A stretch of 37,520 nt of DNA from a virus (IMGVR_UViG_2541047896_000017), one strand, 5' to 3'. Counted from the first letter of the stretch, positions 1 to 9,031 are shown. The notes: generated from the letters alone by a model not told the origin. Translations and numbers: made by a program.

Positions 1-56
1 GGTATCCGTTCTGCTGAAGTGTCATGGCGTTGATTTTACGGTGACTCTTCGACAGT

Positions 57-83
57 GAAAAGAAAAAAGGCCGCAGAGCGGCC
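57..83 (-). terminator. Putative rho-independent terminator for the minus-strand int-distal operon
   Basis: Plus strand shows A-run then GGCCGC-aga-GCGGCC; on the minus strand this reads as hairpin followed by TTTTTTCTTTTC, downstream of the 193..723 gene. Confidence 0.5.
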
Positions 84-192
84 ATAAACACAAGCAAAAA
101 TCAATAAGTTAGATAATTATCAAAGACTTACAGACACACAAAAACACAGCCAACCACAACAAATAACAGGGATGTGGTCAATTTGTGGATCA

Positions 193-723
193 TCAGCCAA
201 CAAATTTAGCAACAAATACAGCAACCGCCGCCGTGAAAATGGTTGTGCATACTGGCACAATAATGCCACTCCAACGCCACTTCGTATTATCATCAACCTT
301 GTCAAACCGCCGATTCATCTCATCCATAATCTTGTCAAAGCGTTTATCCATCGCTTCGGTAAGCTCACCCTTCAGGCTGTTAATGTCTGATTTGAGCTGC
401 TCTTTCAGGTGAGCTGTATCAGATTTAAGCTCACCTTTCAGATTCGCAATATCGCATTTAAGATCACCTTTCAGATGAGCAATGTCTGCTTTGAGCTCAC
501 CTTTCACCTCACCAACATCAGCTTTGGTTGAGAGGTTTGTAGTGCGTTCAGTAAGCGTCGCAAGGTCGTTTCTTGTTAGCGATAAATCACCTTCGAGCCG
601 CTCAATTCGCCTTTCAAGTTTATCTGACATTCCGCCTCCACTATCACCGCCTCCCCCATCGAAAGAGTTGCCAATGTCCTCACGAATAAGGGTTATGCCA
701 TGCTCACTTTTAGCATATGCCAC
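193..723 (-). CDS. Coiled-coil protein with about five 11-residue repeats (LKGELKxDIAH-like), Gly-rich N-terminus and C-terminal hydrophobic anchor; function unknown
   Basis: ORF track 176 aa; repeats visible in the translation; C-terminal IIVPVCTTIFTAAVAVFVAKFV is a likely transmembrane segment; start abuts stop of upstream gene. Confidence 0.6.
   Translation of the reverse strand: MAYAKSEHGITLIREDIGNSFDGGGGDSGGGMSDKLERRIERLEGDLSLTRNDLATLTERTTNLSTKADVGEVKGELKADIAHLKGDLKCDIANLKGELKSDTAHLKEQLKSDINSLKGELTEAMDKRFDKIMDEMNRRFDKVDDNTKWRWSGIIVPVCTTIFTAAVAVFVAKFVG
385..530. repeat. About 33-bp imperfect tandem repeats (4-5 copies) encoding the 11-residue protein repeats
   Basis: Repeated units atttaagctcacctttcag... 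with 33-bp periodicity visible in the sequence. Confidence 0.6.
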
Positions 724-1131
724 TCAGATTCCCTCCCAAACTATATATCCTTTGTCTCTTGCCCAACAAACAACTGTGTGGGCTGTATATGTGGATGTGA
801 AGCCGCAATAAGAACATGACACTTCATACCGAGTATTGTAGATGTTAATGGGCTCGTTCTCCTTGTGTATGGGAGTGACATATTCCCAATCATTTGAATC
901 ATCATAATCATCAAGTTCAGGGTCTGTGCCGTGAACAACCGTATGTGGAATAAACAAATCTGGGCGCCCACACGAGAGACAAGAGGTTCTGGCTCCTCTA
1001 TCTTTGAGGAATTGAATAAATAATTTGGGCGAAATCTGTTGCAGAACCTGCAAATGCCCACGTTCATTATCATTAAGAGACCTGTCTGCATATGGAAAAT
1101 CATCAAATTTAAGAGGCTTCATATAAGGCAT
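724..1131 (-). CDS. Hypothetical protein with two CxxC motifs (putative zinc ribbon); start overlaps the last codons of int
   Basis: ORF track frame; ATG at 1131-1129; CLSCG and CSYCG motifs; overlaps int stop (1111-1109), implying co-transcription with C and int. Confidence 0.55.
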   Translation of the reverse strand: MPYMKPLKFDDFPYADRSLNDNERGHLQVLQQISPKLFIQFLKDRGARTSCLSCGRPDLFIPHTVVHGTDPELDDYDDSNDWEYVTPIHKENEPINIYNTRYEVSCSYCGFTSTYTAHTVVCWARDKGYIVWEGI

Positions 1132-2101
1132 CTCCAAGGGGATTAAATCTCACCGCATCCTGCAGGTAATCCGGCGCAAGATGGGCATAAATCATCGTTG
1201 TCTGAATCTTTGCGTGCCCCAAAATTTTCTGGAGGGTCAGAATATTGCCGCCGTTCATCATGAAATGACTGGCGAAGGTGTGGCGCAGCGCATGAACAGC
1301 CTAGCCGTCAGGAACATCAGGTGCGACCGTTTTGATGACATCGCGAACCAATGGATAATCCAGCGTCGGAAACACCAGTTTCCCGCCCCGTTTTTTGATC
1401 TTTTCAAACAGGCTTTCAGAAATAGGAACGGTACGGTTTTTGCTGTTCTTCGTTTTTGAAAAAGTGATTCGACAATGAAGAACACGGCGCTGCTCCAGTG
1501 CCGCTACCTCGCCCCATCGCGCCCCGGTCGACAGAAGGATTTCGACAGCCAGCCGTTCATCGGGATTTTCAGCCAGTGCATCCAGCAACTGAACACATTC
1601 AGACTTACTCAGATATCCCATTTCGCGCTCGTTAACCTTCATTCCTTTAAGGCCTTGAACGGGGTTATCGTTAAGAAAATGGCCGGATGAGATGAGTGCG
1701 GTAAACATCGCGCTTAACGCCCCAATCTCTCGATTAATGGTGCTGGGCTGTATCCCCTGCTCTATCCTGGACACACGTAGCTCGGTGAGCATCGTTGTAT
1801 TAAGTTTATGCACACACGGGTCATCCATTGCCTCACTCAAGCGCAGCAATTTAAGGCGCGTGTTATGCCCTGACTTCATTAGCTGGCCGTGGTATTTCCA
1901 CCACAAGTCAATAAGCACTGACAGAGGACGGCGATCAATAGAGTTTCCTTTCCACTCATTGTTATGCTGTTGCGCCAGCACCCACCGCTCATATAAAACT
2001 GCATCCGATTTCGTTTTAAATTTTTTGCGAATGCGTTTGCCTTTACGCCCCTCAGGGCGCATGTCAAGAAGATACCCTCCCGGAATTGATTTTATGCTCA
2101 T
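1109..2101 (-). pseudogene. int: Tyrosine integrase (P2 Int-like) interrupted by an in-frame TAG at 1303-1301
   Basis: N-terminal 266 codons (MSIKSIPGGY...APDVPDG) then TAG, then same frame continues AVHALRHTFASHFMMNGGNILTLQKILGHAKIQTTMIYAHLAPDYLQ..., i.e. the catalytic R/H/Y region lies after the stop. Recalled P2 Int has Gln at this position. Confidence 0.8.
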
Positions 2102-2150
2102 TCGTGAAACCCCAGCGTTACAAGACCACCATGCCCCCAGCGTTCCATGA

Positions 2151-2462
2151 TTAGCCGGGCTGTGTACCAGTCTTGCGGGATTTTTGAGAAGACGATGTGT
2201 TTTCTGGCCCATCAGGGGAGAGAGAGGGACTGATCTGCCCAGCAGCCTCATTTGTTTTTCCCGTCATAAGCCATATAGTGTATTTTTCGAAATCCTTAGA
2301 ATTAATTACGCGATCAACAACGCTTAAACCAACCTCTCTTTTACCGCTCTCATAATTCTTTATAGTTCCGAGATTTATCCCAGTAACATCAGCAAACTCA
2401 GCTTGAGTTAACCCTTCACTTTTCCGTATCTCTTTCAGTTTTTTTTCGTACCCACTTGACAT
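2151..2462 (-). CDS. C: Immunity repressor, P2 C-like
   Basis: 103 aa; HTH segment LTQAEFADVTGINLGTIKNYESG and ..KYTIWLMT.. resemble recalled P2 C; located between int and the divergent early operon. Confidence 0.8.
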   Translation of the reverse strand: MSSGYEKKLKEIRKSEGLTQAEFADVTGINLGTIKNYESGKREVGLSVVDRVINSKDFEKYTIWLMTGKTNEAAGQISPSLSPDGPENTSSSQKSRKTGTQPG

Positions 2463-2553
2463 GGTGGTCTCCAGACGACTAAATTAACCCTAAAAGTCGC
2501 CTAGAGACGACTTTTAGCAACAAATAACCACAGACTGAACAGGTTATCACATC
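2463..2553. promoter_or_regulatory. Divergent early/lysogenic promoter-operator region
   Basis: Intergenic between C (minus) and first early gene (plus); direct repeats AGACGACT at 2473-2480 and 2505-2512; inverted repeat CTAAAAGTCG (2490-2499) / CGACTTTTAG (2508-2517). Confidence 0.55.
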
Positions 2554-2832
2554 ATGACAAAGCTCTTGAACACATACGAGCAAGCGGATTTTGAGCGTTT
2601 GGCGGCGTTCTACCCATACCGCGATGAGCATGGATTACCGGTACTCGAAGAAAGCCTGAAAGATTACGCGAAGCGTACCAATCAAACTGTTAATGCAGTG
2701 AAAAGGCAGGCTGACAGAGCAGCCCTTCCCATCAACCAAGAAGAAAAAAACTCAAAACGTACAGTAAATCTCTTCGCAATTTTCCTGAAAACCATCAGAA
2801 ACGCAGAGAAATACGTGCAGATGACAAAATAA
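2554..2832 (+). CDS. First early-operon gene in the Cox/Apl position; putative small DNA-binding regulator/excisionase
   Basis: 92 aa ORF directly after the operator region, positional analogue of P2 cox; sequence not confidently matched. Confidence 0.45.
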   Translation: MTKLLNTYEQADFERLAAFYPYRDEHGLPVLEESLKDYAKRTNQTVNAVKRQADRAALPINQEEKNSKRTVNLFAIFLKTIRNAEKYVQMTK

Positions 2833-2846
2833 CGAGGTGTCATTTT

Positions 2847-3185
2847 ATGCTGAAGCAACGCCGTAATTTTCGTACCGAAACGGAACGCCAAGCTAACCGT
2901 TTCGCTACCAGCGCATCACGCAGCAACATCCGCTACAGCCTGAGCGAGACGCACGCAACGCCAGATGGCCATACAGTAAAACAAATTGGCGAACACACCT
3001 GGCTGATTGAAAAAGCTGGAATCGTGGTTCACAGATGCCAACGCAACCCATTTACCGGAAACCGCATTTTTGCTCTGAGCAACGGTGACAATCAGTTTGG
3101 ACAGGATTTCACATTGTACGAAGCACTTCGCACGGTTGATCGTCTGCTTCGCGGGCAAAGTTTTATTAAACAGACTGATTTATAA
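2847..3185 (+). CDS. Hypothetical early protein
   Basis: 112 aa ORF with GAGG-type RBS upstream; in the early operon. Confidence 0.5.
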   Translation: MLKQRRNFRTETERQANRFATSASRSNIRYSLSETHATPDGHTVKQIGEHTWLIEKAGIVVHRCQRNPFTGNRIFALSNGDNQFGQDFTLYEALRTVDRLLRGQSFIKQTDL

Positions 3186-3195
3186 CAGGTGCGTT

Positions 3196-3474
3196 ATGAC
3201 CAAAGAGCATGCACAAGGTGTATTTATCCGTTTTATTGATTTTCGCGGTGAACTGTTATTGCGCGCATCAGCTATTGATGGAGTTGTCCCATCAGAAAAA
3301 AATGCAGCTACTTACGTTTATCTGAACGGCACGCGCCTGACCGTAGAACTTCCGTACCAGACTGTACACGGAATCATTAGCGAAGCTGAAAAAGCACGTA
3401 AGATTAATGGCGATGAACCCTATATCGAAATTATTTGTATGGATTCAGAAGCTGAAATTCAGAAAGCAGATTAA
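3196..3474 (+). CDS. Hypothetical early protein
   Basis: In-frame ATG at 3196 within ORF 3085..3474; the first 111 nt of that ORF overlap the upstream gene. Confidence 0.5.
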   Translation: MTKEHAQGVFIRFIDFRGELLLRASAIDGVVPSEKNAATYVYLNGTRLTVELPYQTVHGIISEAEKARKINGDEPYIEIICMDSEAEIQKAD

Positions 3475-3485
3475 AGGGCGTTGCG

Positions 3486-3728
3486 ATGGGCAAAGAATAT
3501 AAAACTCTCATTAACAAAGCACTTGAGCGTTTTTATTTTCGCTTAAGTGCATCAGGTGCTCATGCTGAACGTGCAGCCCGTGACTCATTGACCAGGGCAA
3601 TCCGGAGTCTGTATGACGTGGCTTTTTACGCTGATGATCTGGATGCACTTAACGAACTTTCCGAGCTGATCTGTGCCGCAGAATGCGGGGAACATATTGA
3701 ACCGTATAAGCTGGGGAATATTGCATGA
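3486..3728 (+). CDS. Hypothetical early protein
   Basis: 80 aa ORF, tight spacing in operon. Confidence 0.5.
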   Translation: MGKEYKTLINKALERFYFRLSASGAHAERAARDSLTRAIRSLYDVAFYADDLDALNELSELICAAECGEHIEPYKLGNIA

Positions 3729-3838
3729 GTATATTTATCTCATGGCTTGTCCTGATTATTTCGGTGGTCTGCGCCATTGGGATTATGCAAATTATTCATT
3801 CAGTAAAAAAGATTGAACGCATTTTCACTGGCGAATAA
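3725..3838 (+). CDS. Small hydrophobic peptide (37 aa, single predicted TM helix)
   Basis: ATG at 3725 overlapping the upstream stop (ATGA); translation MSIFISWLVLIISVVCAIGIMQIIHSVKKIERIFTGE; below the 60-aa ORF-track cutoff. Confidence 0.4.
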   Translation: MSIFISWLVLIISVVCAIGIMQIIHSVKKIERIFTGE

Positions 3839-3925
3839 CAGCGCAAATAAAAACCCTAGGTTAAATAAGAAAATGTAAAAACAATCCGCATTCGCGGAGG
3901 TATTCGCACACGCCCAGGAGGCGTA

Positions 3926-4129
3926 ATGGCAATTAAGCATTTTCCTGTCGTTCGTTTCACTTCCAGAGGACGTGAATACGAAGTCGACGAACGCCTGATT
4001 ACCACAATCGACAAACACCGCTCAGAAAAGGATGCACACCACATCTATCTCATTGACGGTACTTACTTCTGCGCCACTAATGTGGCGCGGGTGAATCTTA
4101 TCCGACAGGTACAGGATCCACGCAAATGA
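3926..4129 (+). CDS. Hypothetical early protein
   Basis: 67 aa ORF with strong RBS (caggagg) upstream. Confidence 0.55.
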   Translation: MAIKHFPVVRFTSRGREYEVDERLITTIDKHRSEKDAHHIYLIDGTYFCATNVARVNLIRQVQDPRK

Positions 4130-4344
4130 GCAGGAGAAGAATCACTCGCAGACATCACCGCACACACCTGAATTCCTCAGCAACGCTAAAGGCACTTATT
4201 CAAAGCGAGATCGGTGATTTCTTCGCGGGAGTTGGCTCACCAGGTGAACCAGAAACACCAGAAGCGATGCAGCGTGAGCTCATGATACGCATAGATAACA
4301 CTTTTGATTTCTTCTACAGCATGCACGGCATTAAACAGAAATGA
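4126..4344 (+). CDS. Hypothetical early protein
   Basis: 72 aa ORF, start overlaps upstream stop. Confidence 0.5.
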   Translation: MSRRRITRRHHRTHLNSSATLKALIQSEIGDFFAGVGSPGEPETPEAMQRELMIRIDNTFDFFYSMHGIKQK

Positions 4345-4452
4345 ACCTCAAGCCAGCAATAACTACTCGTAGAACGCCAATTTCTGTAACCGACCGCTTC
4401 TGAGTTTTTTGGCAGGAAGCCTTCGCACATCCTTAGTAGAGAGAATTGCAGC

Positions 4453-4842
4453 ATGATTGACGCTCATGACTTCACAAGATGGGTGCGCACACAGGACACC
4501 CGTCTGGCTCCCATTCTTCGGGGATTATTTGATCTCTACATTCGTGGTCGTGACAACAGAGCACGCACCACAAAACCGGAGAATGTGGATACCCTTTATT
4601 TCACAGTAGACGACTGCTACCGCGTGGACTTCACACCACACGGACTGGCGTTGCACTGCCTGACACCGCACGGCGAATCACTGCTGGCGTATTACGACTC
4701 CCCGGCCTCCGTATTTGCGGCAATGCTGGCGCATCGCACTGCTGGCGGGTGTGCCTCGCTGAGTGAATACACCGCTGAGTTTAACCGCCTTTCCGCCCTC
4801 TTCTCGCAGGAGTGGCAGCGCGTGACGGGATACCAGCCATGA
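4453..4842 (+). CDS. Hypothetical early protein, translationally coupled to A
   Basis: 129 aa ORF; its stop overlaps the A start (ATGA). Confidence 0.55.
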   Translation: MIDAHDFTRWVRTQDTRLAPILRGLFDLYIRGRDNRARTTKPENVDTLYFTVDDCYRVDFTPHGLALHCLTPHGESLLAYYDSPASVFAAMLAHRTAGGCASLSEYTAEFNRLSALFSQEWQRVTGYQP

Positions 4843-7679
4843 GTGAGTTTGCATGGAGCTGGAATGAACCACGGCCAGCCATTGATCCGGCCAGATTTAC
4901 GGAGCGCAGGCAGGAAACTGAAACCGACCTGCAACGCGCCATCCGTTACTACCTTGAGGCAGACAAAAAGGCCCAGGAAGAACAGGAAGCGAAAGAGGAA
5001 GCCTTTTTCGCACAATCCGCCATGGGTAAAAAACTCATGGCATCCCTTGAGGAAGCCGGACAGCGTGAAAAGCTGGCACAAAGCATCATCAGTAAGCGTC
5101 GGGCAACAGAACAAGACCCGGTGGCCCGTGCCTTTGCCACACTGAAGGTGCTTCCCGTTTATCTGCGAGAACCCCTGAGCCGCCACCTCTCGTTCCTGCG
5201 CAAGAAGCAGGAAGCCGATCGTCAGAAAGGCAAAAAGAGCTGGCAGGCCGAACGCTACGCGCGCGGAAACCTGCGCAAAATATTCGAACGTCTGGAGCGC
5301 ACCGACAGCCGCTGGCTGACACAGGGGTATCGCTCCCTTGCCGGACGCGAACGCCTGGACGATTTGCTTTACCTGCCGCAGCTCAACAAACACCAGATAC
5401 AGACGCTGGCCACCATGACGGCGGCGATGTTCAGCAGCACCTTCGAAAAACTCTGCGATGGCTTTGGCGCGACCGATGGTGAGCTGACCATGGATGTAAC
5501 GCTGAAGGCGTATCAGATGCTGGCCCGCATGGCGTTACACCTGCACGCCATGCCTCCACATTATGACGCACTGACAACAGATAGAGATCGGAGGAACGAA
5601 CCGGACACGGAGCTGCTGCCAGGCGCAATCCTTCGCCTGACCTGTGCTGAATGGTGGAAACGCAAACTGTGGCTGTTACGTTGCGAGTGGAGAGAAGAAC
5701 AACTCCGCGCCGCCTGTCTGGTTTCCAGAAAAACATCGCCCTATCTGAGCCAGGACGCGTTAAGCGAGTTTCGCGCACAGCGCGAGAAAACACGCGATTT
5801 CCTGAAAAGTTTCATGCTGGAAAACGAAGACGGGTTCACGATTGATCTCGAGACAGTGTATTACGCGGGAGTAAGTAACCCGGTTCACCGTAAGGCAGAA
5901 ATGATGGCCACCATGAAGGGGCTGGAACTTCTGGCCGAGGCCCGTGGCGACAAAGCGGTGTTTCTGACTGTCACCTGCCCATCAAAATACCACGCCACAA
6001 CAGAGAACGGTCATCCGAATCCCAAATGGAACGGGGCCACCATGCGCGACTCCAGCGATTACCTGGTTAACACGTTTTTTGCGGCGGTCCGCAAAAAACT
6101 GAACCGCGACGGTCTGCGCTGGTATGGCATCCGCACGGTGGAGCCTCACCATGACGGCACCGTGCACTGGCATATGATGGTCTTTGCTCATCCGGAAGAA
6201 ATCGACAGCATCGTGGCCATCACCCGCGATATTGCCATTCAGGAAGACCGCCACGAGCTGGGCAATGATATTACTCCGCGCTTTAAGGTGGAGTATGTCG
6301 ACGGCTTAAAAGGCACACCAACCAGCTATATCGCGACCTACATCGGAAAAAACCTGGACAGCCGCGCCGTGGATGGCATCGACCCGAAAACGGGCAAACC
6401 ACGCGTTGACCACGAAACCGGAAAATCAATGGCCGAGAGCGTGGAGCGCGCCATCGGCTGGGCGCGCCTTCACCGGGTCCGCCAGTTCCAGTTCTTTGGC
6501 ATCCCCTCCCGTCAGGTGTGGCGTGAACTGCGCCGCCTTGCCAGCCAGATGGCACGCAACCCGGAAGGCCCGCAACGGCTGAAGGATGACGCAATGGATG
6601 CGGTACTCGCTGCCGCTGATGCCGGGTGTTTTGCCTCCTACATTGAAAAACAGGGTGGCGTACTTGTTCCACGCAAGGACTACCTGATTCGCACCGCCTA
6701 CGACCTCGCAGATGAGCTGAACGATTACGGCGAACAGAGCGTACAGATTTACGGGATCTGGTCACCACTCATCGGGGAATCCTCCCGTGTGTGCACGCAC
6801 CCAGATAACTGGAAGCTGGTAAGACGTAAACCGGAAGCGGAAGACAGCACCCGCGAAAATGGTTTTGACCTTCAGGGCGGCCCTGCCGCCCCTTGGACTC
6901 GTGGCAATAACTGTCCCCGTGTACAGGAAACGGACAACAACGGGACAGAACAGCCGGAAGAACGGCCAGCACCGCGGCCGCAGCTTCCTGACGGCGTTGA
7001 CGTGAATGAATGGATGCGCTCACTGAAACGGCACGAACGCCGGGCGCTGATGCATTCGCTGCGTGACAAACAGGCAAAAAACAGCAGTGATGAAATGCAG
7101 AACTGGACACAGAGCCGCAAACAGCCACGGCCTTTGCCTGATAACCACGAGTTACTCGCTAAAGAATGGCGGGAGTCTGCTGAATCTCTCGGCCTGCATA
7201 TCGGTGAACAGCAGATGCAGCACCTGTTACGGGGCGGCAGTCTGTACGTTGACGGCAGCATCATTGCACCGCAGGGATTTGAAATTGTACGCAAACCAGA
7301 TACCCGCCCGGACAGCCGAATCACGCAACTCTGGCAGCGCCTGAGCCGTAATCACGGCGTAAGCAGCACGGAGATCCGCCATAACCCGGTCGCCAGCTAT
7401 CTGGAACAGCTGGGGGCATCAGACCCCGAAGCCGCCGCACACCTGGCATCCACACTTCAGCAGGACCAGAACACCATGAAAACCCCCGTTACCGTGCTTT
7501 CTGACATGCTGCGCGCCATCCGTGACGCAGAGCACGCACAGAGAATCAGTGAAACCACTGAACGCGCCCACCGCAAAGCAGACCTGCTGCGGGGTAGCCT
7601 GACCAGTGGAAACAAAAAACAGACAGAAACGGGACTCACAAATCCCGTAAATGAGCAAAAAACGTGCCGCGATATATGA
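4839..7679 (+). CDS. A: Rolling-circle replication initiator endonuclease, P2 A-like, with long C-terminal extension
   Basis: Contains TVEPHHDGTVHWHMMVF (HUH-like) and YIATYIGKN (paired tyrosines), matching recalled P2 A motifs; about 946 aa versus about 760 in P2. Confidence 0.85.
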   Translation: MSEFAWSWNEPRPAIDPARFTERRQETETDLQRAIRYYLEADKKAQEEQEAKEEAFFAQSAMGKKLMASLEEAGQREKLAQSIISKRRATEQDPVARAFATLKVLPVYLREPLSRHLSFLRKKQEADRQKGKKSWQAERYARGNLRKIFERLERTDSRWLTQGYRSLAGRERLDDLLYLPQLNKHQIQTLATMTAAMFSSTFEKLCDGFGATDGELTMDVTLKAYQMLARMALHLHAMPPHYDALTTDRDRRNEPDTELLPGAILRLTCAEWWKRKLWLLRCEWREEQLRAACLVSRKTSPYLSQDALSEFRAQREKTRDFLKSFMLENEDGFTIDLETVYYAGVSNPVHRKAEMMATMKGLELLAEARGDKAVFLTVTCPSKYHATTENGHPNPKWNGATMRDSSDYLVNTFFAAVRKKLNRDGLRWYGIRTVEPHHDGTVHWHMMVFAHPEEIDSIVAITRDIAIQEDRHELGNDITPRFKVEYVDGLKGTPTSYIATYIGKNLDSRAVDGIDPKTGKPRVDHETGKSMAESVERAIGWARLHRVRQFQFFGIPSRQVWRELRRLASQMARNPEGPQRLKDDAMDAVLAAADAGCFASYIEKQGGVLVPRKDYLIRTAYDLADELNDYGEQSVQIYGIWSPLIGESSRVCTHPDNWKLVRRKPEAEDSTRENGFDLQGGPAAPWTRGNNCPRVQETDNNGTEQPEERPAPRPQLPDGVDVNEWMRSLKRHERRALMHSLRDKQAKNSSDEMQNWTQSRKQPRPLPDNHELLAKEWRESAESLGLHIGEQQMQHLLRGGSLYVDGSIIAPQGFEIVRKPDTRPDSRITQLWQRLSRNHGVSSTEIRHNPVASYLEQLGASDPEAAAHLASTLQQDQNTMKTPVTVLSDMLRAIRDAEHAQRISETTERAHRKADLLRGSLTSGNKKQTETGLTNPVNEQKTCRDI

Positions 7680-7755
7680 AGCGCGCACAAAACAGGCAAA
7701 AGCGGGATTTAAAAATCCTGTAACCGATTAATTAATCAACATAAGGAAAAGCGAC
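7631..7755. promoter_or_regulatory. Candidate parC-like centromere/promoter region upstream of parM
   Basis: Two copies of AAATCCyGTAA (about 7645 and 7709), each inside a short palindrome (ACGGGA..TCCCGT; GGATTTAAAAATCC). Confidence 0.3.
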
Positions 7756-8715
7756 ATGAAAATTTGTATCGACGACGGCTCCACCAACATCAAGCTGGCA
7801 TGGACTGAGAACGGCGAACGCCGCAACGCCATCAGCCCGAACAGCTTCAAGTCGGAATGGTCTGCGCCGTTCGGTGGCACGCAGCCCGCGAACTACATGC
7901 TTGATGGCGTGCGCTATGGTTTTGATCCGGTCAGCGATCGCTTTGTCCAGACGACCGACACGCAATACCAGTACAGCGATGTGAATATAATTGCCATTCA
8001 TCACGCGCTGGTCAAATCAGGCATCACACCACAGGAAGTGGATGTGGTTGTCACCCTGCCACTAAGCGAGTATTTCGATACAAACGCACAGCCGGACATG
8101 GCCAACATCAACCGCAAAAAAGCGAACGTCATGCGCCCGGTGGAGTACCAGAACGGCGAAGCATTCACTATCCGTAACGTACGGGTTATGCCTGAATCCA
8201 TTCCGGCTGGCTTTAAGGCACTGGCTGACATGAGTCCGTTTGAATCCCTGCTGATTGTGGATTTGGGCGGAACCACGCTGGATGTGGCAAAGGTTCAGGG
8301 GCAACTGGCAGGTATCAGCCAGGTGTTTTGCGATCCACACGTGGGCGTTTCTCTGATGGCCGATGCCGTACTGTCGGTGATGGCCACTAACGGTATGCGC
8401 ACCAGTCACCACATCGCCAATACCATTATCGAACATCGCCATGATGAAGCCTGGCTGCGCCAGCACATCCACAATGACGCGCATTACGCCAGCCTGATGG
8501 CGGTAATTCGTGAAAAGGAAGAAACACTGAAACAACGCGTGATCCGCGCGCTGGCGGGTTTTTCGGGTTACGGGCGGGTGATGGTTGTCGGTGGAGGGGC
8601 GGAGATTGTGGCACCCGCTATCCGCGAAGCCTGCGGAGTTAATGCGACTTTCATCGCGGACGGGGTGCCACAGTTTGCTCTGGTTAATGGGCTGTACGCA
8701 ATGGACAAGGAGTAA
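7756..8715 (+). CDS. parM: Actin-like segregation ATPase, ParM/StbA family
   Basis: 319 aa; N-terminus MKICIDDGSTNIKLAW and motifs VMPESIPAGF, LLIVDLGGTTLD, VMVVGGGAE closely resemble recalled plasmid R1 ParM. Confidence 0.8.
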   Translation: MKICIDDGSTNIKLAWTENGERRNAISPNSFKSEWSAPFGGTQPANYMLDGVRYGFDPVSDRFVQTTDTQYQYSDVNIIAIHHALVKSGITPQEVDVVVTLPLSEYFDTNAQPDMANINRKKANVMRPVEYQNGEAFTIRNVRVMPESIPAGFKALADMSPFESLLIVDLGGTTLDVAKVQGQLAGISQVFCDPHVGVSLMADAVLSVMATNGMRTSHHIANTIIEHRHDEAWLRQHIHNDAHYASLMAVIREKEETLKQRVIRALAGFSGYGRVMVVGGGAEIVAPAIREACGVNATFIADGVPQFALVNGLYAMDKE

Positions 8716-8719
8716 ACCA

Positions 8720-9031
8720 ATGACGACTCCAACCAGACGGATAAGTTTCTATCTGAAGCCCACCGCCGTCAAGAACGAAGGAGAAGCATGCGCCTGGCTG
8801 GACAGCCTTACACCAGAAGCCCGCAAAAGCGGCCAACGCGTGGCTTTTCTGGCCGGGCTGGCACTTCTGAAAATGAATCCGGCAGAGGCTTATCGACTGG
8901 CTGCATGGGCTGGTGATGAAGCGTTATCAGTGACACAAACCAGGACAGAACGCCCCGCATCACAGCCAGTATCAACCGCACAGATAACCAGTCAGATGGC
9001 CGGAAATATCCGGGCGTTATTTCCTGAATAA
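8720..9031 (+). CDS. parR: ParR-like centromere-binding adaptor
   Basis: 103 aa immediately downstream of parM; N-terminal RRISFYLKP...LTPEARKSGQRVAFLAGLALL resembles recalled R1 ParR. Confidence 0.6.
   Translation: MTTPTRRISFYLKPTAVKNEGEACAWLDSLTPEARKSGQRVAFLAGLALLKMNPAEAYRLAAWAGDEALSVTQTRTERPASQPVSTAQITSQMAGNIRALFPE

Noticed and set aside
120-412. Plus- and minus-strand ORFs at the left end (120..305, 172..390, 185..412)
   Set aside because: They overlap the better-supported 193..723 coiled-coil gene or its terminator region and have low-complexity translations.
4692-7324. Several long minus-strand ORFs (4692..5393, 5431..5793, 6283..6768, 6769..7128, 6872..7324) and plus-strand 4843..5145 overlapping gene A
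   Set aside because: They are antisense or out-of-frame to a well-supported Rep gene in GC-rich DNA and have biased, Arg/Pro/Cys-rich translations; judged spurious.
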